A stretch of 64,000 nucleotides of DNA. It comes from Acidimicrobiales bacterium (GTDB lineage Bacteria > Actinomycetota > Acidimicrobiia > Acidimicrobiales > JAJPHD01). The stretch lies in assembly GCA_039583695.1 (NCBI GenBank), contig JAVKSL010000003.1, positions 16,313 to 80,312 of the forward strand. Reading direction: 5' to 3'. This document shows, in pieces, positions 52,817-63,100 of the stretch (the stretch's first letter is position 1; every line of letters starts with the position of its first letter). A model generated the notes under the pieces. That model ran no database searches. It was given only the letters and a program-made list of their open reading frames with translations, and had not been told where the DNA came from. The translations under genes and the position numbers were made by a program.

Positions 52817-55800
52817 CCTCAGCCCCTTTCGTCGTGAGTGAGACGACGGGCTCGTTCGATGCGGCTGACCCCAGGCGGGTCCAGCCGACGACAAGCTCGC
52901 CTCCGTCGTGGCCCTGGACGATCTCGGTGTCCACCCACCGCTCGCCGACGCAAAGGGACAGGCCTGCGACAGCGGTCACCTCGAACTGCCTCGGGCGTCC
53001 GGACAGGCCCGTGCGGGCGGCCTTGGCGACCGCCTCCTTGGCGACCCAGAACCGGGTGACCCAACGGTCGCGCTCTGCGTCGGGGAGCAGATCCTGCTCG
53101 GCGGGAGTGAGCACAAGTCGATCGAAGCGACCATCACGCGGCGCCACCGACTCGATATCGATGCCGACGGACGCCCCCTCGCTCGCGATGGCGACGGCAA
53201 GGGTACTGCTGTGCGCCAGGGAGATCTGCAGGTCGGCGGGGAAGCTCCCCCGGACCAGTGGCTCGCCGTGCTCGCCGGTGGCGAGCTCGACCTCCGCCGG
53301 GAACACCGGCCCCGCACCGTGGCTCCACAGCCAGTCGCGCACGGCGTCCTTTGCCGCAATCCTGCCCAGGAACCACTGCCTCTGTCTGAGTGGGTTGAAC
53401 GCCGCGTACTGGGCCTGCTCGGGGCCGGTCAGGTACTGGCGCATCACCAGGTCGCGAGAGGCCGTCCGGCGCCACCGCTCCGGGGCCAGCACCCAGCCAC
53501 CGGGCTGGGCCTGTGACGCGAGGTGATGCTCGGGGAAGCGCAACAACTCCCACAACACCTCGTCAGTCTCGAAGCGATGCTCGGTCCAACCGATCACCCT
53601 GGCGAACAGCCGTTTGCCCACGACCAGGTCGAGGTCGGCGCGTATGGTGGTGTCCAGGACACTTGTGATGCGCGCGGTGCAGTCCACCACAGTACCGACG
53701 GGGGGCTCGGGCCCGAAGAGATCGATGGACTCCACCCCTGTTGGCAGCACGATGCGGTCAAGGCCGGTACGGGCCATGGCCCAGTAGCCGACCAGCTGGC
53801 CGGCACCGTCGAGGAGGGAGCCCGGCGCGTCGAGGACCTGGATTCGTCCCCGGATGCCGGCGTCGCAGATCCCTTGGATATCGCGTACGGCCTGGAACTG
53901 CGGTCCGTGAAACATCCACCTCTGCTCGTAGAGCTCCTCGGCGCCGATCACGGAGGGCTCCTCGTGGGGCAGGAGAGCCGGCTGCACCTCGGGGGCGCTG
54001 GGTGCTCGCTCGCTCGTGACCACCCTCGCCTGCGAGTAGCCCTCGATCGCCACCCTGACCTGGTCTGTGCCCTCGGTGACTGCGCTCAGCACGACATCGG
54101 CGGTCGGCACCACAGCCAGCCAGCGCGTGGAGCGGATCCGCTCCACCCTGGTGACCACACGGTCGGGTCGCATAGCCGCTGCGCGCTCGACGAGCCAGCC
54201 GATCATGGTGGTGAGCGGGACCACCGGGAACCGGTCGGAGATCGAAGGCCATCGATCTCGCTGGCGCACCAGGCAATGGTCTGCCAGCCACGGGAGCTCC
54301 TCGACGGAGATGTGCCGCTCGATCCGGTTGGGCGAGGCCGGCGCCGGAGCCGCTGGGGCGAGTGCAGCGGGGACTGGAGCCGCTGGGGCCGGAGCCGTTG
54401 GGGCTGGCGCGGGGACCGGAGCCCCTGGGGCCGGAGCCGCTGGGGCTGGCGCGGGCGGGGTGGCCGGGAGTGGAGAGGCTCCGGGAAGGCGTCCCAAGGG
54501 TGGAAGGGCCGACAGCGACACCAGCGGGGTGCCGAGGAGCACCGGGCGCGTGTGGATCGAAGAGGCGGGGGCAGCGGGCAGACGCGGGCGGTGCCCAGCG
54601 ACCTCCGTGTCGGGCATGAGCCGATCGAAGCAGACGTCGGCTCCCTCGACCCACAGCGCGGCCGCCACCCTACGCAGCTGCTCCAACCCTTGCGACCTGG
54701 CGGTGGCGGCGGCGGCAGCCAGATGATCGCGTTCCGCCAGCGTGTCGTCCACGAAGGCCGCCAGCGAGCCGATGCCGACCTGGACGAACGCGCGGACCCC
54801 CTCCTCGTGCAGGCGCAGCACCAGCTCACGGAAGCGAACGGGCTCGACCAGGTGGCGGATCGCCAGGTCTCGTACGGCCTCGGGATCGTCGGGATAGGGC
54901 TCGCACGTCGTCGCCGACCACAACGGTAGCGAGGCCGCCTCGAGCGGGAGGAGGGCCAGCGCCTCGCGTACCCTGGCGAGCTGCGGTGAGAACATAGGTG
55001 AGTGAAACCCCGACCGGAACGCGAGCTTGGAGGCGATGACCTGTCGTGCCAGTAGACACCCCAAGGCCTGCTCGATGGCTGCCTCGGTTCCGCACAGGAT
55101 CGACTGGTGGGGACAGTTGTCATGAGAGACCACCACTTCAGCGATCCCCTGGATGGCCGCAGCTGCCTCTTCGGCAGCGCAGCCTGCCGAGGCGTACACC
55201 AACCCGGGCATGCCAATGGCGGCCGGGTCGAGCCGGGCCAGAAAGGGCCCAGCTGTCTGCGGACGGACCATGCCGGCGGTGACCATCCCGTTCCATTCGC
55301 CGATGCTGTGGCCAGCGACCATGTCGGGGCGCACTCCGATCCCGCCCAGGGCGCTATCCAGCAACCGGCCCAGAGCGAATACGGCCAGCCCGTGTCGACC
55401 TAGCTCGGCGGTATCGGCCGGCTCCGGAGGGAGCAGGCCAAAGCGGGCGGCCACGTCGTCGAGCCGTGCGGGCATGGTGGCCTCGATCCCAGGGAAGAGG
55501 AACGCCACGCTCCCCCCGCCGGCCACAAGGGGCCGGGGGCTGAACCAGATATCCATGCGGCCACGCCAGGCTTCCCCCCTGGACACCACCTTGCGGGCCA
55601 GCGCCATCCGCTGGGGCGTCGGGCTGACGACGGCGAGGCGCAAGGAGCCCCGGGCGCCCGGGGCGCATGAGGCCTCGCCGAGCTGGGCCAGTAACGATCG
55701 GACGTCCTCGGCGGCGCAAAGGACGAGAGCAGGTGTGCCGGGCGTCCGGCGCCTGAGCACGCTGAGCCCAGCCCGGTGCTCCTCGAGCACGGCGTGGGCG

Positions 55801-57185
55801 TTGATGCCGCCAAAGCCGAAGCTGTTGACACCGGCCCGGCGGGGGTCTCGGGTCGCCTCCCACGGGCTGGTCTGGGTGACCGGGCGGAAGCGGGTCCCGG
55901 CCATCGCTGGGTGCGGGTCCTCACAGTGCAGCGTGGGTGGCAGGGTCTGGTGGTGGATGGCCAAAGCCGCTTTTATGAGCCCCGCTGCCCCCGCCGCGGG
56001 CATGGCATGGCCGATCATGGACTTCACTGCGCCGATCGGCACCGGGCCGAGGCCGCCGCCTCCACTGCCCGAGGTCCCGGACCCGAACACCTCAGCCAGG
56101 GTGGCCAGCTCTGCCGCGTCGCCAGCTGGGGTGGCCGTGCCGTGGGCCTCGATCAGCCCGATAGTGGAGGGATCCAGCCGGGCCGCCTCCCATGCCCGGC
56201 GCACGGCCAGCACCTGTCCGGCGACGTTGGGGCGCATGACCGTGGAATCGCGGCCGTCACTGGACATGCCGATACCCCGGATCACGGCGTAGATCCTGTC
56301 GTCGTGGCGCTCTGCGTCGGCCTCGCGCTTGAGGACCATCATCCCGGTTCCCTCGCCGATCAGCAAGCCGTCTGCGGCGCGTGAGAAGGGCCGGCTGTTG
56401 CCACTGGCGCTGATTGCTCCCAGGTGGGAGAACACCCCCCACAAGGTGAGATCGTGGCAGTGGTGCACGCCACCGGCGATCACCACGTCGCAATCGCCGC
56501 TGTGCAGCAGGCGCACCGCGTGATCGATGGCGATGAGGGAGCTGGCGCAGGCGGCGTCCAACGTGTAGGCAGGGCCGGAGAAGTCGAAGCGATTGGCGAT
56601 TCGCGATGCCACCAGGTTGGGTACCAACCCGACAGCGTCGTCGCGCTGGTAGGGGCCTAGCTGGTGCTGAAACTCCGCCCGCACGGCGCGCAGCTCGTCC
56701 TCAGTGACGTCGGGGACCAGCTGGCGGAGGCTGTGCACGAGCTGCTCCGCCATGCGCACCAGTTGGTCGAGCCGGCCCTGTCCGGCGCTCAGGTACCCGC
56801 CCCGGCCGATGACGATCCCGACCTTCTCGCGCCTGGCTATAGCGTCGGGGCCGCCCGCGTCCTGGATGGCAGCCGCCGCGGTGCTCAAGGCGATGAGCTG
56901 GTCCGGCTCGGCAGCCGCCACCGATACAGGCATCATCCCGAACGCCACCGGATCGAACAGCGCCAGCCCGTCCACGAAGCCACCGCGGCGGCAGGCGAAG
57001 CGGTCGAGAGCAGAGGAGTCGCCCTCGAAGAAGACCGGGTCGAGGCGCCCCGCTGGCACCTCGCGGATCGCGTCGACACCATGAGACAGGTTGTGCCAGT
57101 AGGCATCGAGGTCAGCAGCTCCAGGGAAGACGGCGCCCATCCCGACTATGGCGATACCGGACCTGTTGGAGTCGGTGTATCTCAA
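52791..57185 (-). CDS. type I PKS/Pfa-like synthase subunit B: KS-AT-(Pro/Ala linker)-DH-PPTase
   Basis: TTG 57185 in a TTGA overlap. KS ~55775-57165 (DAACASS, EAHGTAT, GHAMPAAG). AT ~54750-55515 (GHSIGEW). Linker 54335-54480. PKS-type DH ~53520-54330 (LADHCLV..P, LLDGAGQL). Sfp-type PPTase ~52880-53400 (VGIDIE, FWVAKEAVAKA). Confidence 0.9.
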   Translation of the reverse strand: MRYTDSNRSGIAIVGMGAVFPGAADLDAYWHNLSHGVDAIREVPAGRLDPVFFEGDSSALDRFACRRGGFVDGLALFDPVAFGMMPVSVAAAEPDQLIALSTAAAAIQDAGGPDAIARREKVGIVIGRGGYLSAGQGRLDQLVRMAEQLVHSLRQLVPDVTEDELRAVRAEFQHQLGPYQRDDAVGLVPNLVASRIANRFDFSGPAYTLDAACASSLIAIDHAVRLLHSGDCDVVIAGGVHHCHDLTLWGVFSHLGAISASGNSRPFSRAADGLLIGEGTGMMVLKREADAERHDDRIYAVIRGIGMSSDGRDSTVMRPNVAGQVLAVRRAWEAARLDPSTIGLIEAHGTATPAGDAAELATLAEVFGSGTSGSGGGGLGPVPIGAVKSMIGHAMPAAGAAGLIKAALAIHHQTLPPTLHCEDPHPAMAGTRFRPVTQTSPWEATRDPRRAGVNSFGFGGINAHAVLEEHRAGLSVLRRRTPGTPALVLCAAEDVRSLLAQLGEASCAPGARGSLRLAVVSPTPQRMALARKVVSRGEAWRGRMDIWFSPRPLVAGGGSVAFLFPGIEATMPARLDDVAARFGLLPPEPADTAELGRHGLAVFALGRLLDSALGGIGVRPDMVAGHSIGEWNGMVTAGMVRPQTAGPFLARLDPAAIGMPGLVYASAGCAAEEAAAAIQGIAEVVVSHDNCPHQSILCGTEAAIEQALGCLLARQVIASKLAFRSGFHSPMFSPQLARVREALALLPLEAASLPLWSATTCEPYPDDPEAVRDLAIRHLVEPVRFRELVLRLHEEGVRAFVQVGIGSLAAFVDDTLAERDHLAAAAATARSQGLEQLRRVAAALWVEGADVCFDRLMPDTEVAGHRPRLPAAPASSIHTRPVLLGTPLVSLSALPPLGRLPGASPLPATPPAPAPAAPAPGAPVPAPAPTAPAPAAPVPAALAPAAPAPASPNRIERHISVEELPWLADHCLVRQRDRWPSISDRFPVVPLTTMIGWLVERAAAMRPDRVVTRVERIRSTRWLAVVPTADVVLSAVTEGTDQVRVAIEGYSQARVVTSERAPSAPEVQPALLPHEEPSVIGAEELYEQRWMFHGPQFQAVRDIQGICDAGIRGRIQVLDAPGSLLDGAGQLVGYWAMARTGLDRIVLPTGVESIDLFGPEPPVGTVVDCTARITSVLDTTIRADLDLVVGKRLFARVIGWTEHRFETDEVLWELLRFPEHHLASQAQPGGWVLAPERWRRTASRDLVMRQYLTGPEQAQYAAFNPLRQRQWFLGRIAAKDAVRDWLWSHGAGPVFPAEVELATGEHGEPLVRGSFPADLQISLAHSSTLAVAIASEGASVGIDIESVAPRDGRFDRLVLTPAEQDLLPDAERDRWVTRFWVAKEAVAKAARTGLSGRPRQFEVTAVAGLSLCVGERWVDTEIVQGHDGGELVVGWTRLGSAASNEPVVSLTTKGAEVVNVLTHL
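54335..54480 (-). repeat. imperfect short tandem repeats encoding a Pro/Ala linker
   Basis: Repeated ggagccgctggggc(c/t)gg units. They encode PATPPAPAPAAPAPGAPVPAPAPTAPAPAAPVPAALAPAAPAPA between AT and DH. Confidence 0.7.
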
Positions 57186-60100
57186 GCTGTCAGCACCCCC
57201 TCAGGCCCGGCGTCGGTACTCGCCATGCCCCCCGCCACGTCGTGCCGGTCCGTTTGCGCCCGCATCACGATCACCGCTGCGCTCGACGGGGAGCCAAGGG
57301 CCAGCTCGCGCAAGATGCAGGCAACCCCGTCCTCGGGATCGATCAGTCCGACCCCACGTCGGGCAAACTCCCGCTCGAGGCTCTCCGACACCATCCCGGT
57401 GCCGCCCCACGGACCCCAGTGGATGCAAACGACCCGGTCGGCAACGGTCCTGTTGTGAGCCCAGGCCAGGGCTTCGAGGGCCTCGTTCGCGGCGGCATAG
57501 TCGATCTGGCCTCGGTTGCCGAATGCACCGGCCATGCTGCCGAACAGGATGACGAAGCGCAAACCGGGCCGCACAGCCCCCAGCAGGATCCGTGCGCCAT
57601 CGACCTTGGTGTCGTAGACGCGAGCAAAGGACTCGACGGTCTTGTCCGCCGCCAGACGGTCCTCGACCACCCCCGCCCCGTGGATGATGCCGTCGAGGCG
57701 GTCCCAACGGCGGTAGATGTCATCCACCAGGGCGCTCATCGCGGGTGTGTCGCGCACGTCGAGGGCGTGGTAGTTGACAGACCCGCCGCAGGCCTGGACC
57801 TCGGCCAGGGTGCGACGGAGCTGGCGCTGGGCCATGATCCGCCGGCAGTCGGACTCTATGGCGCTCGCGACGTTGTTGCCCGCGCCTGCCAGGAGCTGGC
57901 GCAACGCCTTGTGATCCGCACAGGCGGCGGTGGCTGGCGCCTCGGGCCCATCGGGCAACGGGGTCCGCCCGACGAGCTCGAGATGGCAGCCCTGGTGAGC
58001 CAGGGCGACAGCCACTGCCGCGGTGATTCCCCGGCCGCCGCCCGTGATAAGCACAACATCGCCCGCCTCGGGGCGAACAGCGCAGCCGCCTTGCTGGACG
58101 AGCGGTTCGGGGACCGTGCGAAGCCGCAGGCGGCGCCCTGAGCGATAACCCACTTCCACCAACAAGTCGGTGGAGGTCAGCTCGGCTAGCAGCTGGCGCG
58201 CGGCGAGCTCTGGTGCGTCCCGGGGGTCGAGGTCCACCGAACGAACCCTGAGGTCGGGGTACTCCCGAGCCAGGCTCCTGGCCATACCCCGCACGCCAGC
58301 GCCCGGCGGGACCTGCCCCGCTTCGCTGGCGAGCACATCGCGACCGAAGCTCCCCCCGGTCCCGGTGACCATCAGGAGGAATCGCAGACCAGCTAGGCGG
58401 CCGACTAGCTGGGAGAACACCGTTGCGGGCGGGGCTGCGCAGGCTGAGAGCGCTCCGAGATGGATGAGGTGCTCGACAGCCCACGGCTCATCCAGGGCGC
58501 CGACGCTGGCGTGCGCCCCGCACCGTCGGAGCAGCTCTGCGAGAGCCTGGGCGATCCCGGCTCCGTCGTCGGTGATGAAAAGGCTCTGCCCAGCCAGCGC
58601 CGCGTCGCTGCCGAACGGCGAGCCGGCCTGCTCGACCCTCTGGACGAAGCGCGCCGCTCGTAGGGGTGGCTGGGGAACAGGGGCAGCAGCTGGTCTCATG
58701 GGCTCCGGAGGGACGTCGGCCCGGGCCACGATCCACTCCACGATGGCCGACAGGGTCTTGAGGACCGAAAGCTCCTCGACCATGGAATCGTCGAGCCCAT
58801 CAGCTCCTGTGCTGAGGCCCACCCGGCCCACGAGGTCCCCGACGATCTCTATGCGCTTGATCGAGTCGATGCTGAGATCGGCCTCCAGGTCGAGATGCGC
58901 CCCGAGCATCTCGACCGGGTAGCCGGTCCGTTCGCTCACCACCGCGACGACGGCTGCCAGCAGGTCCTCGCGGCTGCGGGGTGGCCGTGGCGCAATGGCG
59001 CGAGTCAGCTCCACCTCCGGGCCGGGCGGGCTGGTAGCGCCGACCGCGGCCCCGTTCGAGTCGACTGGAAGCATCGCCGGCACCACAAGCGGGAGTACAG
59101 GCATCGCGGGTGGTGTCACGGGCGCCATCGGCGGACCGTTCCGGGCATCCAGGTAGCGGGCTATGGCCACCTGACCGGCGCTGGCCACCTGGCTGAGCAT
59201 GCGCATGTACTCGAGCATCACGGGGTCGCCCTCCGGCATCGGCACCGCCAAGGCCAAGGGGGCGGAGGCGGTGGGGGCGGTGGGGGCGGTGGGGGCGGAG
59301 GCGGTGGGGGAGGAGGCGGTGGGGGAGGAGGCGGTGGGGGCGGAGGCGGTCGGGGCGGTCGAGGCGGAGCGGATGCCTCGAAGCTTCGTCGCTGGCTGCA
59401 AACCGCCCGCCACCTGGGTGCCGTCGGGGCCGCGCACCAGGTGACCGTCGATCGCCCACACCCCCGCAGTCGATTGCCGGGCCCCGATCTGGGCTATGTC
59501 CCGACCCTCGAAGAGGGGGGCGAGGAGGAGCGGCACCCCGGCGACACCAAGGGAGGCTACGGCGTGAAGGAGCTGCTCGATCCCGTGGACACCGGGCGCA
59601 TCGACGCAGATGCTCTGGTGGGGCCGGCCGGCGAGGATCTGGCCCACCAGGCGGGTGAGGACCTGGCCGGGTCCGGTCTCGACGAAGGTGCCAATACCCG
59701 AGTCGTACATCGCTTCGACCTGCTCTCGAAATCGCACCGGGTTGTCGATCTGCGCGGCGAGGGTCCGCCGGATGCCGGCGGCGTCGTTGGGGTAGGCGGT
59801 GGCCGTGAGGTTGGACCACACTGTCAGAGCCGGGGAGCAGATCTCGACCTTGTCGAGCGCCGTCGCGAACCTGGTGGCTGCGGCGCCCATGAGCGGGCTG
59901 TGGAAGCCACACGACACCGGTAGCGCACGGTTGGCCAGTCCCTGCGCGGCCAGCCACCTTGCGGCCTCGGCCACGTCGCGCGCCGGACCCGAGATGACCA
60001 CCTGGTTGGGCGAGTTGTCGTTGGCCACGACCAGGCCTGGCCAGGCTCCCACCAGCGCGGCCACCCGCTCAGCGGGTGCGGCGACGGCGACCATTGCGCC

Positions 60101-63100
60101 GGGGTCGTGCGGGCACGACTCTGCCATCGCCTCGGCCCGCTGCTCGCTCAGGCGGATGAGGTCTGCCGCGTCGAACGCTCCGGCGGCCGACAGGGCCACC
60201 ATCTCTCCATAGCTGTGACCACCGAGGGCATCGGGGACCACACCCAGGCGGTCGAGCAGCCGGGCCACCGCCAGCCCGGCCATCCCCAGGGTGGGCTGGG
60301 CCACGCGGGTGTCGTCCTGGGCAACCCGCTGGCCTTCGGTCCGACCCGGAACCGCGGAGGTCGGCGGGAACATGAGTGTGAGATAGGACTCGCCCAGACG
60401 GAGGAGCTCGTGCAGCCAGGGAAAAGCCACGAACAGCTCCGCCAGCATGGCGGGACGTTGGCTGCCCTGCCCGGGGAAGAGGAAGGCCAGCCCCCCCGGC
60501 CCGGCCCTGTCGGCGCTGAGATAGACCCCCTGGCCCGCACATCCGGCGGCTGCTGCGGCGAGCTTGGCCCGCAGGTCTTCCATGCCCGTGGCCACGATCG
60601 CCGCGCGGGTCGGACCCGATCCCCGGCACCAAAGGTCGCCGGCCAGATCGCGCAACCGGGCCCCGTTTGGCTCGTCGAGTCGACGGGTCAGGCCCTCGAT
60701 CTGCTCGGCGAGGTCCCGTCGATCTTCGCCGCGAAAGCAGAACAGCTCTGCAGGCCAGCGCTCCAGGCCGTGGGCGGCGCGATCGCGGTCGTGAGAATCC
60801 ATGACCACATGGAAATTGGATCCGCCGAACCCGAACGCGCTGACACCCGCGCGCCGGCGCGTCTCCGACCACGGCAGGGCCGTCGCGCTGAAGGTGAATG
60901 GGCTGGTGAAGGGGTCGTAGGCTGTGCTCGGATGGGTGATGTGCGCGCTCGGGGGGCGCACGGCGTGGTACAGGGCCAGGCTTGCTTTGACGAGCCCGGC
61001 CATGCCCGCCGCGCATTTGGTGTGCCCGATCTGGGCTTTCACGGAGCCGAGGGTGCAGGAGCCCGGCGCGCTGCCCGCATCGGAGAAGAAGCCCGTGAGA
61101 GTCGACAGCTCGGTCCGGTCGCCGACGACTGTCCCGGTGCCGTGGGCCTCGACGAGGCCGACCGTTGCTGGTGAGGCTCCCGCCCGCTGGTAAGCCCGCT
61201 GGAGGGCCACCCTCTGGCCTTCGCCCCGCGGGGCGGTCAGCCCGAGGCCGCGGCCGTCGCTCGACGCCCCGATGCCCTTTATGACCGCGTAGATGCGGTC
61301 ACCGTCGCGGGTGGCGTCGGCCAGTCGTTTGAGCACCACGCAGGCCACACCTTCGCCGAGGACGATCCCGTCGGCGTCCTCGTCGAAGCTCTTGCAGGCG
61401 CCGGTCGGCGACAGGGCGCCGACGCTGGCGAATAGCTGGTAGTCGTAGATGCCGTTGTGGAGGTCAGCCCCGCCGCACAGGACCATGTCGCTTCCGCCGC
61501 CGCCCAGCTCCTGGCAGGCCAGATGGATCGCGGCCAGGGAGGCTGCGCAGGCGGCGTCGACGGAGTAGTTGGCCCCACCGAGGTCGAGCCGGTTGGCGAT
61601 GCGCCCGGCAACCACGTTGCTCAGCACCCCGGGGAAGGAGTCCTCGGTCAGCGCCGGCAGGTGTTCGTCGAGGGCAGGAGGCAGCGAGCCGAGATAGCCT
61701 GGAGCGAGGGCCCGGAAGACATAGGCACTGGAAAGGTCCGATGCGCCCTCGACGCCGAAGATCACCGAGGTGCGTGAGCGGTCGAACCACCGTCTGGCAT
61801 AGCCGGCATCGGCGAGGGCGTTGGCCGCAACATCCAGGCTGAGCAGCTGGACCGGCTCGATCGCCCCCAGGGACGAAGGCGGGATCCCGTATTTCATCGG
61901 GTCGAACGGGGCCGCTCCCAGGAAGCCACCCCAGCGTGACGGGGTGACGGTCTCCGCTGGCCCCATCGCCTCCGCCGAGCAGTACAGCTCGGCGTCCCAC
62001 CTCCCGGCGGGGACCTCGCCCACGTGGTTGGTGCCGGCGACGATGTTCGCCCAGTATTGGGCGACATCCTCAGCGCCAGGAAACAGGCAGGCTATGCCTA
62101 TCACGGCCACGTCGAGCGGTGCGGCCAGGGGGGCCTCGGCCAGGAGCGCGCCGTCCAGCACGGCGGCGCTGGCCACCGACACGTCGTGGTGGAGGGTGGC
62201 AATAGTCGTTGGTTCGCTCCGCAGGGTGGCCACCTCTCCGATCATGTAGAGGCCTTCGCGGCGCTGCTGGTCCTCGTCGACCTCGACCAGGTGGTCCCCG
62301 TCACGCCTTAGGCCCTTGGCCGCCATCCGCAGGCGTCCGAGATTGAGGTCCTCGAGAGCGGCCCAGCGGTCGGGTCCGGTTACGCCCGCTGCCTCCAGCG
62401 CCCTGCGCTCATCGTCGAAGCGACGCAGAAATGGGGTCTGTGCGCAGCGGGTGCTGTGGCCCGGAGACGTCTCGAGCAGCGCCGTGGCCTCACAGGCTAT
62501 CGCCGCCGCCTGGAAAGGTTCCCTTATGGCCCCGGTCGACACGGCCTCTTGGGTGAACAGGTAGGCGGTCCCCATAAGCAGGCCGATGCGGGCACCTCGC
62601 TCTGCCAGCGGCGCCGTCATGGCTGCGACCATCGCGGCGGACCGAGCGTCGTGGATGCCACCGGCGAAGAGCAGGTCCATGCCCTCGACGTCGCCCTCGA
62701 GCAGTTGGGTTACCTGTTGCTCCCAGAGCACGAAGCTGGACCTGGGACCGACGTGGCCACCGCACTCGCGACCCTCGAAGACGAATCGCCGCGCTCCCTG
62801 CCTGACGAACAGCGCGAGCAGCCCGGGCGAGGGAACGTGCAGGAAGGTGGCGATGCCCGCCTCTTCGAGAGGGCGCGCCAAGGATGGCCGGCCGCCGGCG
62901 ATGAGCGCGGCTGTCGGGCGGGCTTCCAGGACAGCTGCCAGCTGCCCGGCCCGAAGCTCGGGGGGCACGAAGCCGAGGATGCCCGCTCCCCAAGGCCGGC
63001 CGGCCAGCGCGGTGCTGGTCTCGGCGAGCAGTGCGCGGACCGCCTCCGGCGTCATCAGGGCCAGAGCCAGGAAGGGCAGGCCGCCCCCTTGCGCCACGGC

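Noticed and set aside
54335-54480. Repetitive tracts at 54.3 kb and 59.3 kb considered as CRISPR or other non-coding arrays
   Set aside because: The units are 9-15 bp with no spacers. They lie in frame inside intact PKS ORFs and translate to Pro/Ala/Ser/Thr linkers.
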